Origin: Hyphomicrobiales bacterium
GTDB taxonomy: Bacteria; Pseudomonadota; Alphaproteobacteria; Rhizobiales; Xanthobacteraceae
Assembly (NCBI GenBank): GCA_034669125.1
Contig: JAXDOA010000018.1
Location: forward strand, 1 to 27,291
DNA: 27,291 nt
Direction of reading: 5' to 3'
The notes beneath the pieces were generated by a model that was given only the letters and a program-made list of their open reading frames with translations, did not search any database and was not told the DNA's origin. The position numbers and the translations under genes are program-made. Position 1 is the stretch's first letter, and each line of letters begins with the position of its first letter. Shown here piece by piece: positions 8,861 through 17,936 of the stretch.

Positions 8861-8879
8861 TTGACGAAGCATTAACCAT
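8861..8879. promoter_or_regulatory. Candidate CtrA box in the envC / TPR-methyltransferase divergent intergenic region
   Basis: TTGA-cgaagca-TTAACCAT: a 7/8 match to TTAA-N7-TTAA that includes a perfect TTAACCAT half-site. Confidence 0.6.
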
Positions 8880-8971
8880 TCGGATCGCGGCGGGATTGGG
8901 TCGGAAGGGACGAAAAGGCGTCTATTTCGAGCCGGATTGATTTCACCGGCGGTCCGCGCTTCGGTGCCGGC

Positions 8972-11170
8972 ATGCAATCCGACGCATTCGTTGCCGCCGT
9001 CCGCCACCATCAGGCCGGCCAGTTCGCCGAAGCCGACCGCCTGTATCGCCAGGTGCTCGCCGCCGAGCCGCAGCACGTGCATGCGCTGCATCTCTCCGGT
9101 GCGCTCGCTCAAGCGACCGGGCGCAACGAGGAGGCGGTTGCGCTGATCGGGCGCGCCATCGCGCTCAACGGCGAGGTTCCGGATTTTCACTACAATCTCG
9201 GGCTTGCCCTTTGGGCGCTCAATCGCCGCGAGGAGGCGTGCCGTCACTGGACGCGTGCCGTCAAGCTCAATCCGAACTTCGCGCAGGCGCGGCTCAATCT
9301 CGGCAATGCGTTGCGCAAGGAGCGCCGCTTCATCGAAGCGATCGCGCAACACAGCGCGCTGGTGCAGCTTCAGCCGCAGTCGGCGGCGGCGCACAACAGC
9401 CTCGGTCTGTCGCTCGCGAAGGCCGGACGCGACGAGGACGCGATCCACCATTACGGCCGCGCGCTCGCGCTGCAGCCGGATTTCATCGACGCCACCCTCA
9501 ACCTCGCGATCTCGCATTCGAACCGCGGCAACACCGGCGAGGCGCTCGCGCTCACGATGCGCAGCATCGATATTCGCGAGACCCCGGAGAACAAGACCTT
9601 GTTCGCGGGACTTGTCATCGGAATCGCGGTCGAGCGCGACGAGCCTGAACTGCGCCGTTTCCTGCTGCGTGCGCTGGAGCAGGGCTGGAGTGCACCGAGT
9701 GCCTTTGCGCCCGCCTGCATCGGGCTGATCCGTAACGGCCCAATGCGTTCGCTCATCGCGCGCGCCGCGCAGGCGTGGCCCGCGCGGTTGCCGGGTGCCG
9801 AGTTGTTCGGAGCGGTGGGCCCCGCACTGAACGATTCCCTGCTGCAAGCCTTGATGACGAGGACCGCGATCGCCGACTCCGACCTCGAGAAGTTCCTCGC
9901 GGCCTGCCGTTTTGCACTGCTGGAAGCCGCCGAGGCCGCGCCGTCCGATGATGCCGCCCTGCTGGATGTTGCGTGCGCGCTCGCGCGCCAGTGTTTCATC
10001 AATGAGTATGTCTACGCGACGGCCGCTGACGAGGAGGCGCGGGCAGGGCGCTTGCGCGAACGTCTGGAAGCCGCGCTGGCGGCGGGCGAGGCCTTGCCGC
10101 CGCTGTGGGTCGCGACGGTTGCGGCGTATTTTCCGTTGCACGAGCTTGCCGGCGCACCGTCGCTGCTGGCGCGATCCTGGCCGGCTCCCATCGCGGCGCT
10201 CCTCGTCCAGCAGATCCGCGAGCCGCAAGAGCAGGCCGCGCTGCGCGACAGCATCGGGCAACTCACACCCATCGAAGGCGAGGTATCGCAAGCCGTGCAG
10301 GCGCAGTACGAGGCCAATCCGTATCCGCGATGGATCAGCACGGCCGCGCCGAAGAAATATGCGAGCGTCGATGCGTATTTGCACGAGCGGTTTCCGTCCG
10401 CGACGCTCCGCGCGCCCGGCAAAACCGGCGGCCTCGACATTCTCATCGCGGGTTGCGGCACCGGCCAGCAAGCGATCCTGACGGCGCAGCAATATGAAAG
10501 CGCGCGCATGCTTGCGATCGATCTCAGCCGCGCGAGCCTTGCCTACGCGGCGGGCAAGACGCGCGCGCTCGGGCTCGATATCGAATATGCGCAGGCCGAC
10601 ATCATGCGGCTCGGCGCGCTGCAGCGCCGCTTCGACCTGATCGAGTCGGGCGGCGTGCTGCATCATCTCGCCGAGCCGTATGCGGGCTGGCGCGTGCTGC
10701 TGCCGCTGCTACGTCCCGGCGGTTTCATGCGCATCGGTCTCTACAGCGAGATCGCCCGGCGCGGTGTCGTGGCCGCCCGCGCGCTGGTCGCCGGGAAGGG
10801 CTACGGCGCGACGCCCGCCGAGATCCGCCGCTTCCGGCTGGAGTTGATGCAAGCAGGCGATGGACCGGCGCGCGACATCTTGCGGTTCAACGACTTCTAC
10901 AGCATGAGCGAGTGCCGCGATCTCGTGTTCCACACCCAGGAACACCGCATGACCCTCCCGGCGATCAAGAGTTTTCTGGCTGAGGAGCGCCTGCAACTCC
11001 TCGGGCTGGAAATCGACCGGACGACGGCGCGGCAATATGCGGCGCGATTTCCCGCCGACGCGGCGATGACCGATCTCGACGGCTGGCATGCCTTCGAGCA
11101 GGACAACCCGCACACATTCCAGAGCATGTACGTGTTCTGGGTGCAGAAGCCGGCCGATCACGCGCGATGA
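8972..11170 (+). CDS. TPR-repeat protein fused to a class I SAM-dependent methyltransferase
   Basis: About six N-terminal TPR helix pairs (e.g. AIALNGEVPDFHYNLGLAL). The C-terminal part has QYEANPYPRW, ILIAGCGTGQ (motif I) and FDLIESGGVLHH. Confidence 0.9.
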   Translation: MQSDAFVAAVRHHQAGQFAEADRLYRQVLAAEPQHVHALHLSGALAQATGRNEEAVALIGRAIALNGEVPDFHYNLGLALWALNRREEACRHWTRAVKLNPNFAQARLNLGNALRKERRFIEAIAQHSALVQLQPQSAAAHNSLGLSLAKAGRDEDAIHHYGRALALQPDFIDATLNLAISHSNRGNTGEALALTMRSIDIRETPENKTLFAGLVIGIAVERDEPELRRFLLRALEQGWSAPSAFAPACIGLIRNGPMRSLIARAAQAWPARLPGAELFGAVGPALNDSLLQALMTRTAIADSDLEKFLAACRFALLEAAEAAPSDDAALLDVACALARQCFINEYVYATAADEEARAGRLRERLEAALAAGEALPPLWVATVAAYFPLHELAGAPSLLARSWPAPIAALLVQQIREPQEQAALRDSIGQLTPIEGEVSQAVQAQYEANPYPRWISTAAPKKYASVDAYLHERFPSATLRAPGKTGGLDILIAGCGTGQQAILTAQQYESARMLAIDLSRASLAYAAGKTRALGLDIEYAQADIMRLGALQRRFDLIESGGVLHHLAEPYAGWRVLLPLLRPGGFMRIGLYSEIARRGVVAARALVAGKGYGATPAEIRRFRLELMQAGDGPARDILRFNDFYSMSECRDLVFHTQEHRMTLPAIKSFLAEERLQLLGLEIDRTTARQYAARFPADAAMTDLDGWHAFEQDNPHTFQSMYVFWVQKPADHAR

Positions 11171-11268
11171 TTCTGTTCCCGACGGGCATCCTTCTGTAGG
11201 CTGTCCCTGACTTCATGTGAGGTCACCTCGGCCGCTGCGCCGGCCGAGGTGGATACCGGGGGGCATCC

Positions 11269-12516
11269 ATGAACCGCGACCGCACGCATTTCCTGTTCCT
11301 GAATATCGGGCACTTCCTCGATCACCTGTTCACGCTGATCTTCGCGACGGTCGCGGCGCTGGCGCTGACGCGCGAATGGAACCTGAGCTACGGGGAGTTG
11401 CTCAAGTACGCCACGCCCGGTTTCTTCGCATTCGGGGTGTTCTCCTATCCGGCCGGCTGGCTCGCCGACAAATGGAGCCGCGAGGGGATGATGGTGCTGT
11501 TCTTCGCCGGCATCGGGCTTGCCTCCATGGCGACGGGGTTTGCGCAAACGCCGCTGCAGGTCGGCATCGGGCTGTTTGCGATCGGCGTATTCGCGGCGAT
11601 CTACCATCCGGTCGGCCTCGCGATGGTGACGGCGAGATGGAAGAACACCGGCATGCGGCTCGCCGTGAACGGCGTGTGGGGCAATCTCGGCGTCGCCAGC
11701 GCCGCGCTGATCACCGGTTACCTGATCGACAACGGCGGCTGGCGCATGGCGTTCATCATTCCGGGCGTGCTCTCGATCGCGGTGGGGCTCGCGTACTGGC
11801 TCGCGCGGCGCGAGGAGATTTCCACTGAGCGCGCCACGTCGAAGGCCGCGTCCGGCGGCGTTTCGCAAGGGATGGATCGTAACGCGCTGCTGCTGCGCGT
11901 GTCGTTGATCGTGTTCATGACAACGGCCGTTTCCAGCATCATCTTCCAGGCGACGACCTTCGCGCTGCCGAAGATTTTCGACGAGCGGCTTCAGGGGCTC
12001 GCGTCGTCTGCTGCCGCATGGCTCAAGAGCTTCGGCTTTGCGGGCAACACCGACGTCGCCACGATGGTCGGCATGTTCGCCTTCGCGGTGTTCGCGATCG
12101 CCTCGCTGGCGCAGCTTGTGGTCGGCAGCCTGCTCGATCGGCTCGGCGCGCGTCCGGTGTTCATGGGTGCGGCCGTGGTTCAGCTTGTGTTCTTCGCTCT
12201 TATGGCCGGTTCGCGCGAGGGCTGGGCACTCGTGCTCGCGCTCGGCTTCATGCTGGGTGCGTTCGGCCAGATACCCATCAACGATTTCATGATCGGCAAG
12301 ATGGCGAGCGGGGCTGCGCGCGCACGCGTCTATGGCATCCGCTACGTGGTGAGCTTCACGGCGCTCGCCGCCGCACTGCCGCTGATTGCGTTCGTGTACG
12401 AGCGCTGGGGCTTCGACACGCTGTTCTATGTGTTGGCGGGTGCCGCCACTGTGATCCTTGCGCTCGTCACGTGCCTGCCGCGCAAGATGCCGGTGGCGAC
12501 CGCGGCGGTGGCATGA
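11269..12516 (+). CDS. MFS transporter (Fsr-like)
   Basis: About 12 hydrophobic segments. GWLADKWSR and GSLLDRLGAR MFS motif-A loops; GHFLDH and AAIYHP motifs. Confidence 0.92.
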   Translation: MNRDRTHFLFLNIGHFLDHLFTLIFATVAALALTREWNLSYGELLKYATPGFFAFGVFSYPAGWLADKWSREGMMVLFFAGIGLASMATGFAQTPLQVGIGLFAIGVFAAIYHPVGLAMVTARWKNTGMRLAVNGVWGNLGVASAALITGYLIDNGGWRMAFIIPGVLSIAVGLAYWLARREEISTERATSKAASGGVSQGMDRNALLLRVSLIVFMTTAVSSIIFQATTFALPKIFDERLQGLASSAAAWLKSFGFAGNTDVATMVGMFAFAVFAIASLAQLVVGSLLDRLGARPVFMGAAVVQLVFFALMAGSREGWALVLALGFMLGAFGQIPINDFMIGKMASGAARARVYGIRYVVSFTALAAALPLIAFVYERWGFDTLFYVLAGAATVILALVTCLPRKMPVATAAVA

Positions 12517-12532
12517 ATTCTCCGCTGGCGCG

Positions 12533-13006
12533 CTAATCCTTCTGCCCCAGCATGCGAGTGAGATACGCTTCCGCGTCACCGGGCAGCGCGAATTCCGGGG
12601 TCGTGTCCGGTACCCCAAGATAGAACACTGTGAGCTTCGGCCGGTTGGCGGCGGCATCCTCGGCGCTCGCGAAGAAATGAAACTCGGTGCTTGGGTGATC
12701 GGCGAAACTCGCGCGCGGGATGGAAAGATCCGTCTCGCGTTCGAGCGGACGCGCGGCGAACACCTTGTGGTCCTTGGTGAAAGGATCGACGCCGTCGACA
12801 CGGATGAAGCGATGGCTCGCGTCCGCCACAATCCGGATGACGACCAGCGTATCGGCCTCAGCTGTGCCGCGCTTCACCGCCCAACTCAGTTTGACGCTTG
12901 GCGAAACGAAGGTCGAATTCTCGCCATGCACCCGCGTGTCCTGTGCGGCGAGCGGGGAGCCAAGCAGAATGCCGAACAAGGCGGCGGCAAGAAGCCGGTG
13001 CATCAT
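12533..13006 (-). CDS. Secreted hypothetical protein, translationally coupled to the ABC ATPase
   Basis: Signal peptide ends PLAA-Q. The start overlaps the ATPase stop (ATGA), and the composition is that of a globular protein. Confidence 0.8.
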   Translation of the reverse strand: MMHRLLAAALFGILLGSPLAAQDTRVHGENSTFVSPSVKLSWAVKRGTAEADTLVVIRIVADASHRFIRVDGVDPFTKDHKVFAARPLERETDLSIPRASFADHPSTEFHFFASAEDAAANRPKLTVFYLGVPDTTPEFALPGDAEAYLTRMLGQKD

Positions 13007-14085
13007 GTTCCTTCTTTCGCCAGCAATTGCACGCCTTCGTGCGGAAGACGGACGCTGACCGCATCGCCGGGCGCGAACCGCTCCGACGGCGGCGGGTTGA
13101 AGCGCACGATCTGCACGGTCTGGCCCGCCACCTCGACCTCGTACTCCATCTTCTCGCCCAGATAAGTGCGGGATTTGACCCTCCCGGCGAGGCCGTTGCC
13201 GGGCGCGCCAATCGCAATCGCTTCGGGACGCACATTGGCGAGCACCGTCTGCCCGGTATTCACGTTCGCGCCCGCGCCTTCGACCGCATGCGGCTGTCCC
13301 GCGATGGTGAGATCGACGCGATCCGGGCTAACAGCCGTCACCAAAGCCTCGACCAGGTTCGAGCGTCCGATAAAGCGAGCGACGAACACCGAGGCCGGAA
13401 GGCGATAAAGCTCCTCAGCCGTGCCGAGCTGCTCGATCAGGCCCCTGTTCATGACCGCAATGCGGTCGGATATCGCCATCGCCTCTTCCTGATCGTGCGT
13501 CACGTACACCGTCGTGATGCCGAGACGGCGCTGCAGGTCGCGGATCTCGCCGCGCATTTGGGTGCGCAGCTTGGCGTCGAGGTTGGAGAGCGGCTCATCG
13601 AACAGGAGCACGCGTGGCTTGATGACGATCGCACGCGCGAGCGCGACGCGCTGCTGCTCGCCGCCGGAAAGCTGATGCGGCATCTGCCGCTCGTAGGAGG
13701 CGAGCCCGACCAGCGCCAGCACATCGGTGACGGCGCGGGCGATGTCGCCGCCGTCCATTCGTTTGACCGTTAACCCGTAGGCGACGTTCTCGAACACCGA
13801 GAGATGCGGAAACAGCGCGTAATTCTGGAACACAAAGCCGATGTTGCGCTCGTTCGCCTCGGTTTGCGTGACGTCGCGATCGCCGATGAAAATCTCGCCG
13901 CCGCTCGGTTCCTGGAAGCCCGCGATCATGCGCAAGGTCGTGGTCTTGCCGCAGCCCGAGGGCCCGAGCAGCGTCATCAGTTCGCCTGGCGCAACATCGA
14001 GGCTCACGTCGCGCACCGCTGCGATGTCACCTTTCACCTGATGGCGGAAGCGCGCGGACACCGATTTGAGGCGAATCCCGTCCAT
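13003..14085 (-). CDS. ABC transporter ATP-binding protein, FbpC/PotA type with TOBE domain
   Basis: Walker A GPSGCGKT, signature LSGGEQQR, Walker B LLFDEP, H-loop VTHDQEEA. Confidence 0.97.
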   Translation of the reverse strand: MDGIRLKSVSARFRHQVKGDIAAVRDVSLDVAPGELMTLLGPSGCGKTTTLRMIAGFQEPSGGEIFIGDRDVTQTEANERNIGFVFQNYALFPHLSVFENVAYGLTVKRMDGGDIARAVTDVLALVGLASYERQMPHQLSGGEQQRVALARAIVIKPRVLLFDEPLSNLDAKLRTQMRGEIRDLQRRLGITTVYVTHDQEEAMAISDRIAVMNRGLIEQLGTAEELYRLPASVFVARFIGRSNLVEALVTAVSPDRVDLTIAGQPHAVEGAGANVNTGQTVLANVRPEAIAIGAPGNGLAGRVKSRTYLGEKMEYEVEVAGQTVQIVRFNPPPSERFAPGDAVSVRLPHEGVQLLAKEGT

Positions 14086-14086
14086 G

Positions 14087-15778
14087 TCAGCCGCCTCCGA
14101 CGCCCCATTGCGCCTGTTCGGCGGCCGCGGCCGGAAGCCGGCGCAGCAGTGCGTTCACGCAGGTCGTCACCGCCATGACGATCACGATGACGAACACGGA
14201 GAATGCGGCAGCAGGCCCAAGCGAAAGCTCGGTCATGTTTTCCAGAATGCGCACCGTGATCAGCGTCCAGCCGATCGAGACGAGGAAGATGGTCGCGCTG
14301 ATCGCCGTCATGGAGCGGATGAACACCACGCCGACGCCGGCGAAGAAGGCTGGCATCACCAGCGGCAGCGTGATGCGACGGAACGTCGTCACGCTGCGGG
14401 CGCCGAGGCTTTTGGAGGCTTCCTCCAACGATTTGTCGATCTGATGCAGCAGCGCGACCGTGGTGCGGATGCCGGTCGGCGAATAACGGAACACGTAGCA
14501 GGCGATAATGATCAGCGCCGTGCCGGTGAGCGCGATCGGCGGGTCGTTGAAGGCGATCAGATAGGCGATGCCGACGATGGTGCCGGGCAGCGCGTAGTTG
14601 ATCATGGAAACGACTTCCATGGTGCGCCGGCCGGCGAACTCCTTGCGCGCCACCAGATAGCCGGTGAGCACTCCGTAGAAGCCGCCGAGCGGCATCCCGA
14701 TCAGTGCGATGGTCATCGTGTCGACGATCGCCTTGCGGCCTTCGGTGAAGATGACGTGGTAGTGCGCGAGCGTCCACGTGTGGTTGGCGCCGAAGGCGAC
14801 GACGAGTGAGGCGTGCAGCAGCAGCGCGTACAGATAGGCGATGAACAACGCGACCGCGAGACAAACCAGGATCAGCGCCCAGCGCATGGCCGGCGTCACG
14901 CTGCGGATGGTCGATTGCGGTCCGGCCTTGCCGCTGATCGTCACATAGTGCCCGCGCTCCACCCAAGTGCGCTGCACGAAATAGACGAGCGCGGCCGGCA
15001 CAAGGAGGAGCAGCGACATCGCGGCGCCGCCCTTGAGATCGAACAGGCCGGTGATCTGCAGATAGGCTTCGGTCGGCAGCACCGGGAATGAGTTTCCGGC
15101 GAGGATCAGCGGCGTCGCGAAATCCGCGAGCGAAGCTGCGAACAGCAGCAGGAATGCGTTGGCCAATCCGGGCAACGCCAGCCGCAAGGTCACCGTTTTG
15201 AACACGTTGAAGCGCGACGAGCCGAGGCTGAACGCCATCTCTTCCAGATTGCCGCCGATCGCGGCGAGCACCGGCCGCAGCGCCAGATAGGCGATCGGGA
15301 AATAGGTGAGCACTTCGGCGGCGAGCGTGCTCGGCAGGCCATACACGTTCGTTCCACGCATGCCGAAGAGCTCGTAAGTGATCAGCCCGCGCGGCCCGAA
15401 CGAGAAGATAAACGCAATCGAGGTGGTGAACGGCGGCGAGATCAGCGGCAGCAGGGTCATCGCATCGATCACGCGCACCCAGCCAGACGGCAGGTTCGCG
15501 CGGCTGACCGTGAAGGCGAACAGGAATCCGAGCGCCGTGCCGATTGTGCCGACCAGTGTGCCGAGCAGCAGCGAGTTGACGAAGGCGCGCTGCGTCCCCG
15601 GCTTCTGCAACACGCCGAGCAGCGGGCCGAGCGCCGGCCGTCCTTCCTCGAAGAAGGCGGTACCCCCGAGCATCAGCAATGGGTAGATGACGAACAGCGC
15701 CAGCAGGACCCATAGCACCGTGACGGTGACGAGCAGCGCCGGGTCGCGCACCAGGCGTGGGCGAGCCGCCCCTGTCAT
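14087..15778 (-). CDS. ABC transporter permease, fused two-domain FbpB/AfuB type (563 aa)
   Basis: Two EAA loops (LEEMAFSLG; LEEASKSLGA) and about 12 TM segments. Start moved to ATG 15778 because the longer ORF overlaps the binding-protein gene. Confidence 0.95.
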   Translation of the reverse strand: MTGAARPRLVRDPALLVTVTVLWVLLALFVIYPLLMLGGTAFFEEGRPALGPLLGVLQKPGTQRAFVNSLLLGTLVGTIGTALGFLFAFTVSRANLPSGWVRVIDAMTLLPLISPPFTTSIAFIFSFGPRGLITYELFGMRGTNVYGLPSTLAAEVLTYFPIAYLALRPVLAAIGGNLEEMAFSLGSSRFNVFKTVTLRLALPGLANAFLLLFAASLADFATPLILAGNSFPVLPTEAYLQITGLFDLKGGAAMSLLLLVPAALVYFVQRTWVERGHYVTISGKAGPQSTIRSVTPAMRWALILVCLAVALFIAYLYALLLHASLVVAFGANHTWTLAHYHVIFTEGRKAIVDTMTIALIGMPLGGFYGVLTGYLVARKEFAGRRTMEVVSMINYALPGTIVGIAYLIAFNDPPIALTGTALIIIACYVFRYSPTGIRTTVALLHQIDKSLEEASKSLGARSVTTFRRITLPLVMPAFFAGVGVVFIRSMTAISATIFLVSIGWTLITVRILENMTELSLGPAAAFSVFVIVIVMAVTTCVNALLRRLPAAAAEQAQWGVGGG

Positions 15779-15794
15779 CGCGCGTGCGTCATGC

Positions 15795-16829
15795 TCACGG
15801 CAAAATCTCGGCGACCCAGCGGTCCACGATCCGCTTGCGGTTCGCGCCCGCATAGGCGTCGTCGATCGCAAAGATCTTCGCATCCTTCAGGATTGCCGCC
15901 AACGAAGGCTCGGTCTGCACGTCCGGGTGCGCCGGCACGAAATTGATCTTGTGCTTGGCGTAGAGATTTTGCATCGCCGGGCTGGTGGCCCAGTCGATCA
16001 GCTTCTTGCCGGCGGCCGGATTCTTCGCGCCCTTCAAGAGCGCGATGCCTTCCGCGGCCGTACCGATGCCCTCCTTCGGAAAGCTGATCACCACGTCGTA
16101 GCCCTTGGCCTTGGTGTCGAGCGCATCGACGATGAAGAAGATGCCGCCGCCGGCCTGCCCGAGGCCGACCGGCAGCGTGCCGCCGCCGCCGCTCTTGGTG
16201 TAAAGCTGGATGTTGGCGCGTAGCTTTTTCATGAAGGCGAAGGCCTTCTCCTCGTCGCGCCCGTTGACTTCCAGCACGGAGAAAATGCGCGTCACCGCCG
16301 TGCCCGACGTGCGCGCATCGGCCATCTGCAACATGCCCTTGTAGGCGGGATTGAGCAGATCGTCCCACGACGCCGGCGCATTCAGTCTGTGCTCGGCCAG
16401 GAATTTCCCGCTGGTCATGAACACCAGCGGATCGTCCGCGATCGCGGTCCATTGGCCGTCGGCTTGCTTGAAGCGCGCGGGCAGTGCGGCCGCCGATGGC
16501 GGCTTGTAGGATTCGAACACGTTCTCCTTGATGCCGGCCGCGAAGGTTTCGACCGGGCCGCCGAACAGCACATCGACGCGCGGATTATTCTTCTCGGCGA
16601 TGATGCGGGCGAGTGCTTCGCCCGAGGAGAAGCGCAGGAAATTCACCTTGATGCCGCTCGCGGCCTCGAACTCCTGCAGCATCGGCCGCGCCCAGTTCTC
16701 CGGCCAGATCGAATAGACGTTGAGCGTCTCCTGCGCCGTGGCGGCTTGCGGCAGCGCGAGGCCAAGGAGGGCGGTCAGGAATGCTTTGGACGCGAACCGG
16801 CGCGTTGCAGGGGTGATCCAAGCGTTCAC
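15795..16829 (-). CDS. ABC transporter substrate-binding protein, FbpA/AfuA-like (344 aa)
   Basis: GTG at 16829 with GGGAGG upstream and a signal peptide. Motifs [28 protein letters not shown] and FPKEG. Confidence 0.93.
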   Translation of the reverse strand: MNAWITPATRRFASKAFLTALLGLALPQAATAQETLNVYSIWPENWARPMLQEFEAASGIKVNFLRFSSGEALARIIAEKNNPRVDVLFGGPVETFAAGIKENVFESYKPPSAAALPARFKQADGQWTAIADDPLVFMTSGKFLAEHRLNAPASWDDLLNPAYKGMLQMADARTSGTAVTRIFSVLEVNGRDEEKAFAFMKKLRANIQLYTKSGGGGTLPVGLGQAGGGIFFIVDALDTKAKGYDVVISFPKEGIGTAAEGIALLKGAKNPAAGKKLIDWATSPAMQNLYAKHKINFVPAHPDVQTEPSLAAILKDAKIFAIDDAYAGANRKRIVDRWVAEILP

Positions 16830-16943
16830 GATGTCCTCCCCGGAATCCCGATAGACTTTTCTTGTGGCGGGGCCGAGCGCCGCGCCTCGCACAATGATGC
16901 GACGCTGCGCGTGCAAACACAATGCGATCCGGCGGCCGTGAAC

Positions 16944-17071
16944 CTACTCCCGGTGATACGGGGCCCCGACAGGATCGTGGTCGCGCGGTAGATTTGCTCC
17001 AGCAGCATGATGCGCACCAATTGGTGCGGCCAGGTCAGCTCCCCGAAAGCGAGATGCAGGTCGGCCTGGTC
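16944..17071 (-). pseudogene. rlmH: Duplicated 3' fragment of rlmH (last 42 codons) with a 1-nt deletion
   Basis: Aligns by eye to 17937-18065 with 6 substitutions in sense codons, a different stop (TAG vs TGA) and one missing base near 16962. It has no 5' part of the gene. Confidence 0.95.
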
Positions 17072-17079
17072 GCCGCCGG

Positions 17080-17817
17080 CTAGTCGACGAGCCAAATATT
17101 TTCCTCGGGCATCAGCGCAACACAGCCGGTCACACCACCCACCGGCGGCCGGGCGCTTGCAGCCGGCGGCAACGGAGCGCCTGGCGGACGGCTAAGGTAT
17201 GTGGGCAGATCCTGCGGAGGTCGTATCATCTGCTCAAGGTAATCCAGTTCATGCAGGCGGTCGAAGTGGACGGCAAACCCTTCATTGAATCGCCTGACGA
17301 CATGACCAACGGCACGGCCGACAGAGAGACGCGTTCCAATTTCCGGGTCGACATCGGCGGATACCGCAACGCCGGAAGGCGAGACATCGATCACGAAGCA
17401 GCTGAGCGTGGTCCCGTCCGCGAAGATCAGATTGGTGTGCGGGTTTTCGGGGATTAGCCGCTGCTGACGTCGCAGGTCGACAACGGCATTGCGCTGCTTT
17501 TTTTCTAGCCAGCTGAGCTTGCCCGCGAGGCTTTCGCGTTCCTTTCGCGTCACCGCGATATCGACCAGGAAGCCGCCCTCGACGACGTCCGTGATCCAGC
17601 CGTCGAGCTTGCCGAGCTCACCGAAAAACGAGATGACGCGCTCGCCTTGCGGCCCGAGCACCGGCGCGGCGACCAGCATCTGGAATGGAGAAATACGCGT
17701 CGTGCGGCACGCGAACTCGCGACGGTTGCCTTGCATGTCGCGGCGATTGGAAAGGCTGTAGCGTCCGCCGGTGCGGAGTTCGACAGCGTGCCGCTGCATG
17801 AATTCATTGAAGGACAA
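17080..17817 (-). CDS. Tandem PilZ-domain protein (245 aa)
   Basis: [10 protein letters not shown] in the first domain; RRQQR (RxxxR) and IDVSPSG (DxSxxG) in the second. TTG start at 17817 with GGAGG 6 nt upstream. The track's start at 17940 overlaps the rlmH stop and is rejected. Confidence 0.85.
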   Translation of the reverse strand: MSFNEFMQRHAVELRTGGRYSLSNRRDMQGNRREFACRTTRISPFQMLVAAPVLGPQGERVISFFGELGKLDGWITDVVEGGFLVDIAVTRKERESLAGKLSWLEKKQRNAVVDLRRQQRLIPENPHTNLIFADGTTLSCFVIDVSPSGVAVSADVDPEIGTRLSVGRAVGHVVRRFNEGFAVHFDRLHELDYLEQMIRPPQDLPTYLSRPPGAPLPPAASARPPVGGVTGCVALMPEENIWLVD

Positions 17818-17889
17818 GGGACGCCTCCGACGAACGTGCGCCAGATTAGGGCGGGAAGCCTCTACGAAATATTGCGGTCCGCAAGTTCC

Positions 17890-17904
17890 ATAAAATTGAG
17901 TTAA
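17890..17904 (-). promoter_or_regulatory. Candidate CtrA box upstream of the PilZ gene
   Basis: Minus strand TTAA-ctcaatt-TTAT, a 7/8 match, in an AT-rich patch. A GANTC site lies at 17913-17917. Confidence 0.45.
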
Positions 17905-17936
17905 GTTTGGCCGAATCGGCCTGCAGAAAGTCGAGC

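Noticed and set aside
8858-10666. 602-aa minus-strand ORF
   Set aside because: Antisense shadow of the TPR-methyltransferase; Arg/Ala-rich with no motifs.
11158-15713. Long ORFs 11158-12831 (-) and 14034-15713 (-)
   Set aside because: The first is antisense to the MFS gene and the second is an alternative frame of the permease. Both have low-information Arg-rich translations.
16826-17095. 89-aa ORF resembling RlmH as a functional mini-protein
   Set aside because: It is a chimera of flanking sequence and the frameshifted rlmH fragment. It lacks the N-terminal three quarters of the protein and overlaps the PilZ stop and the SBP start.
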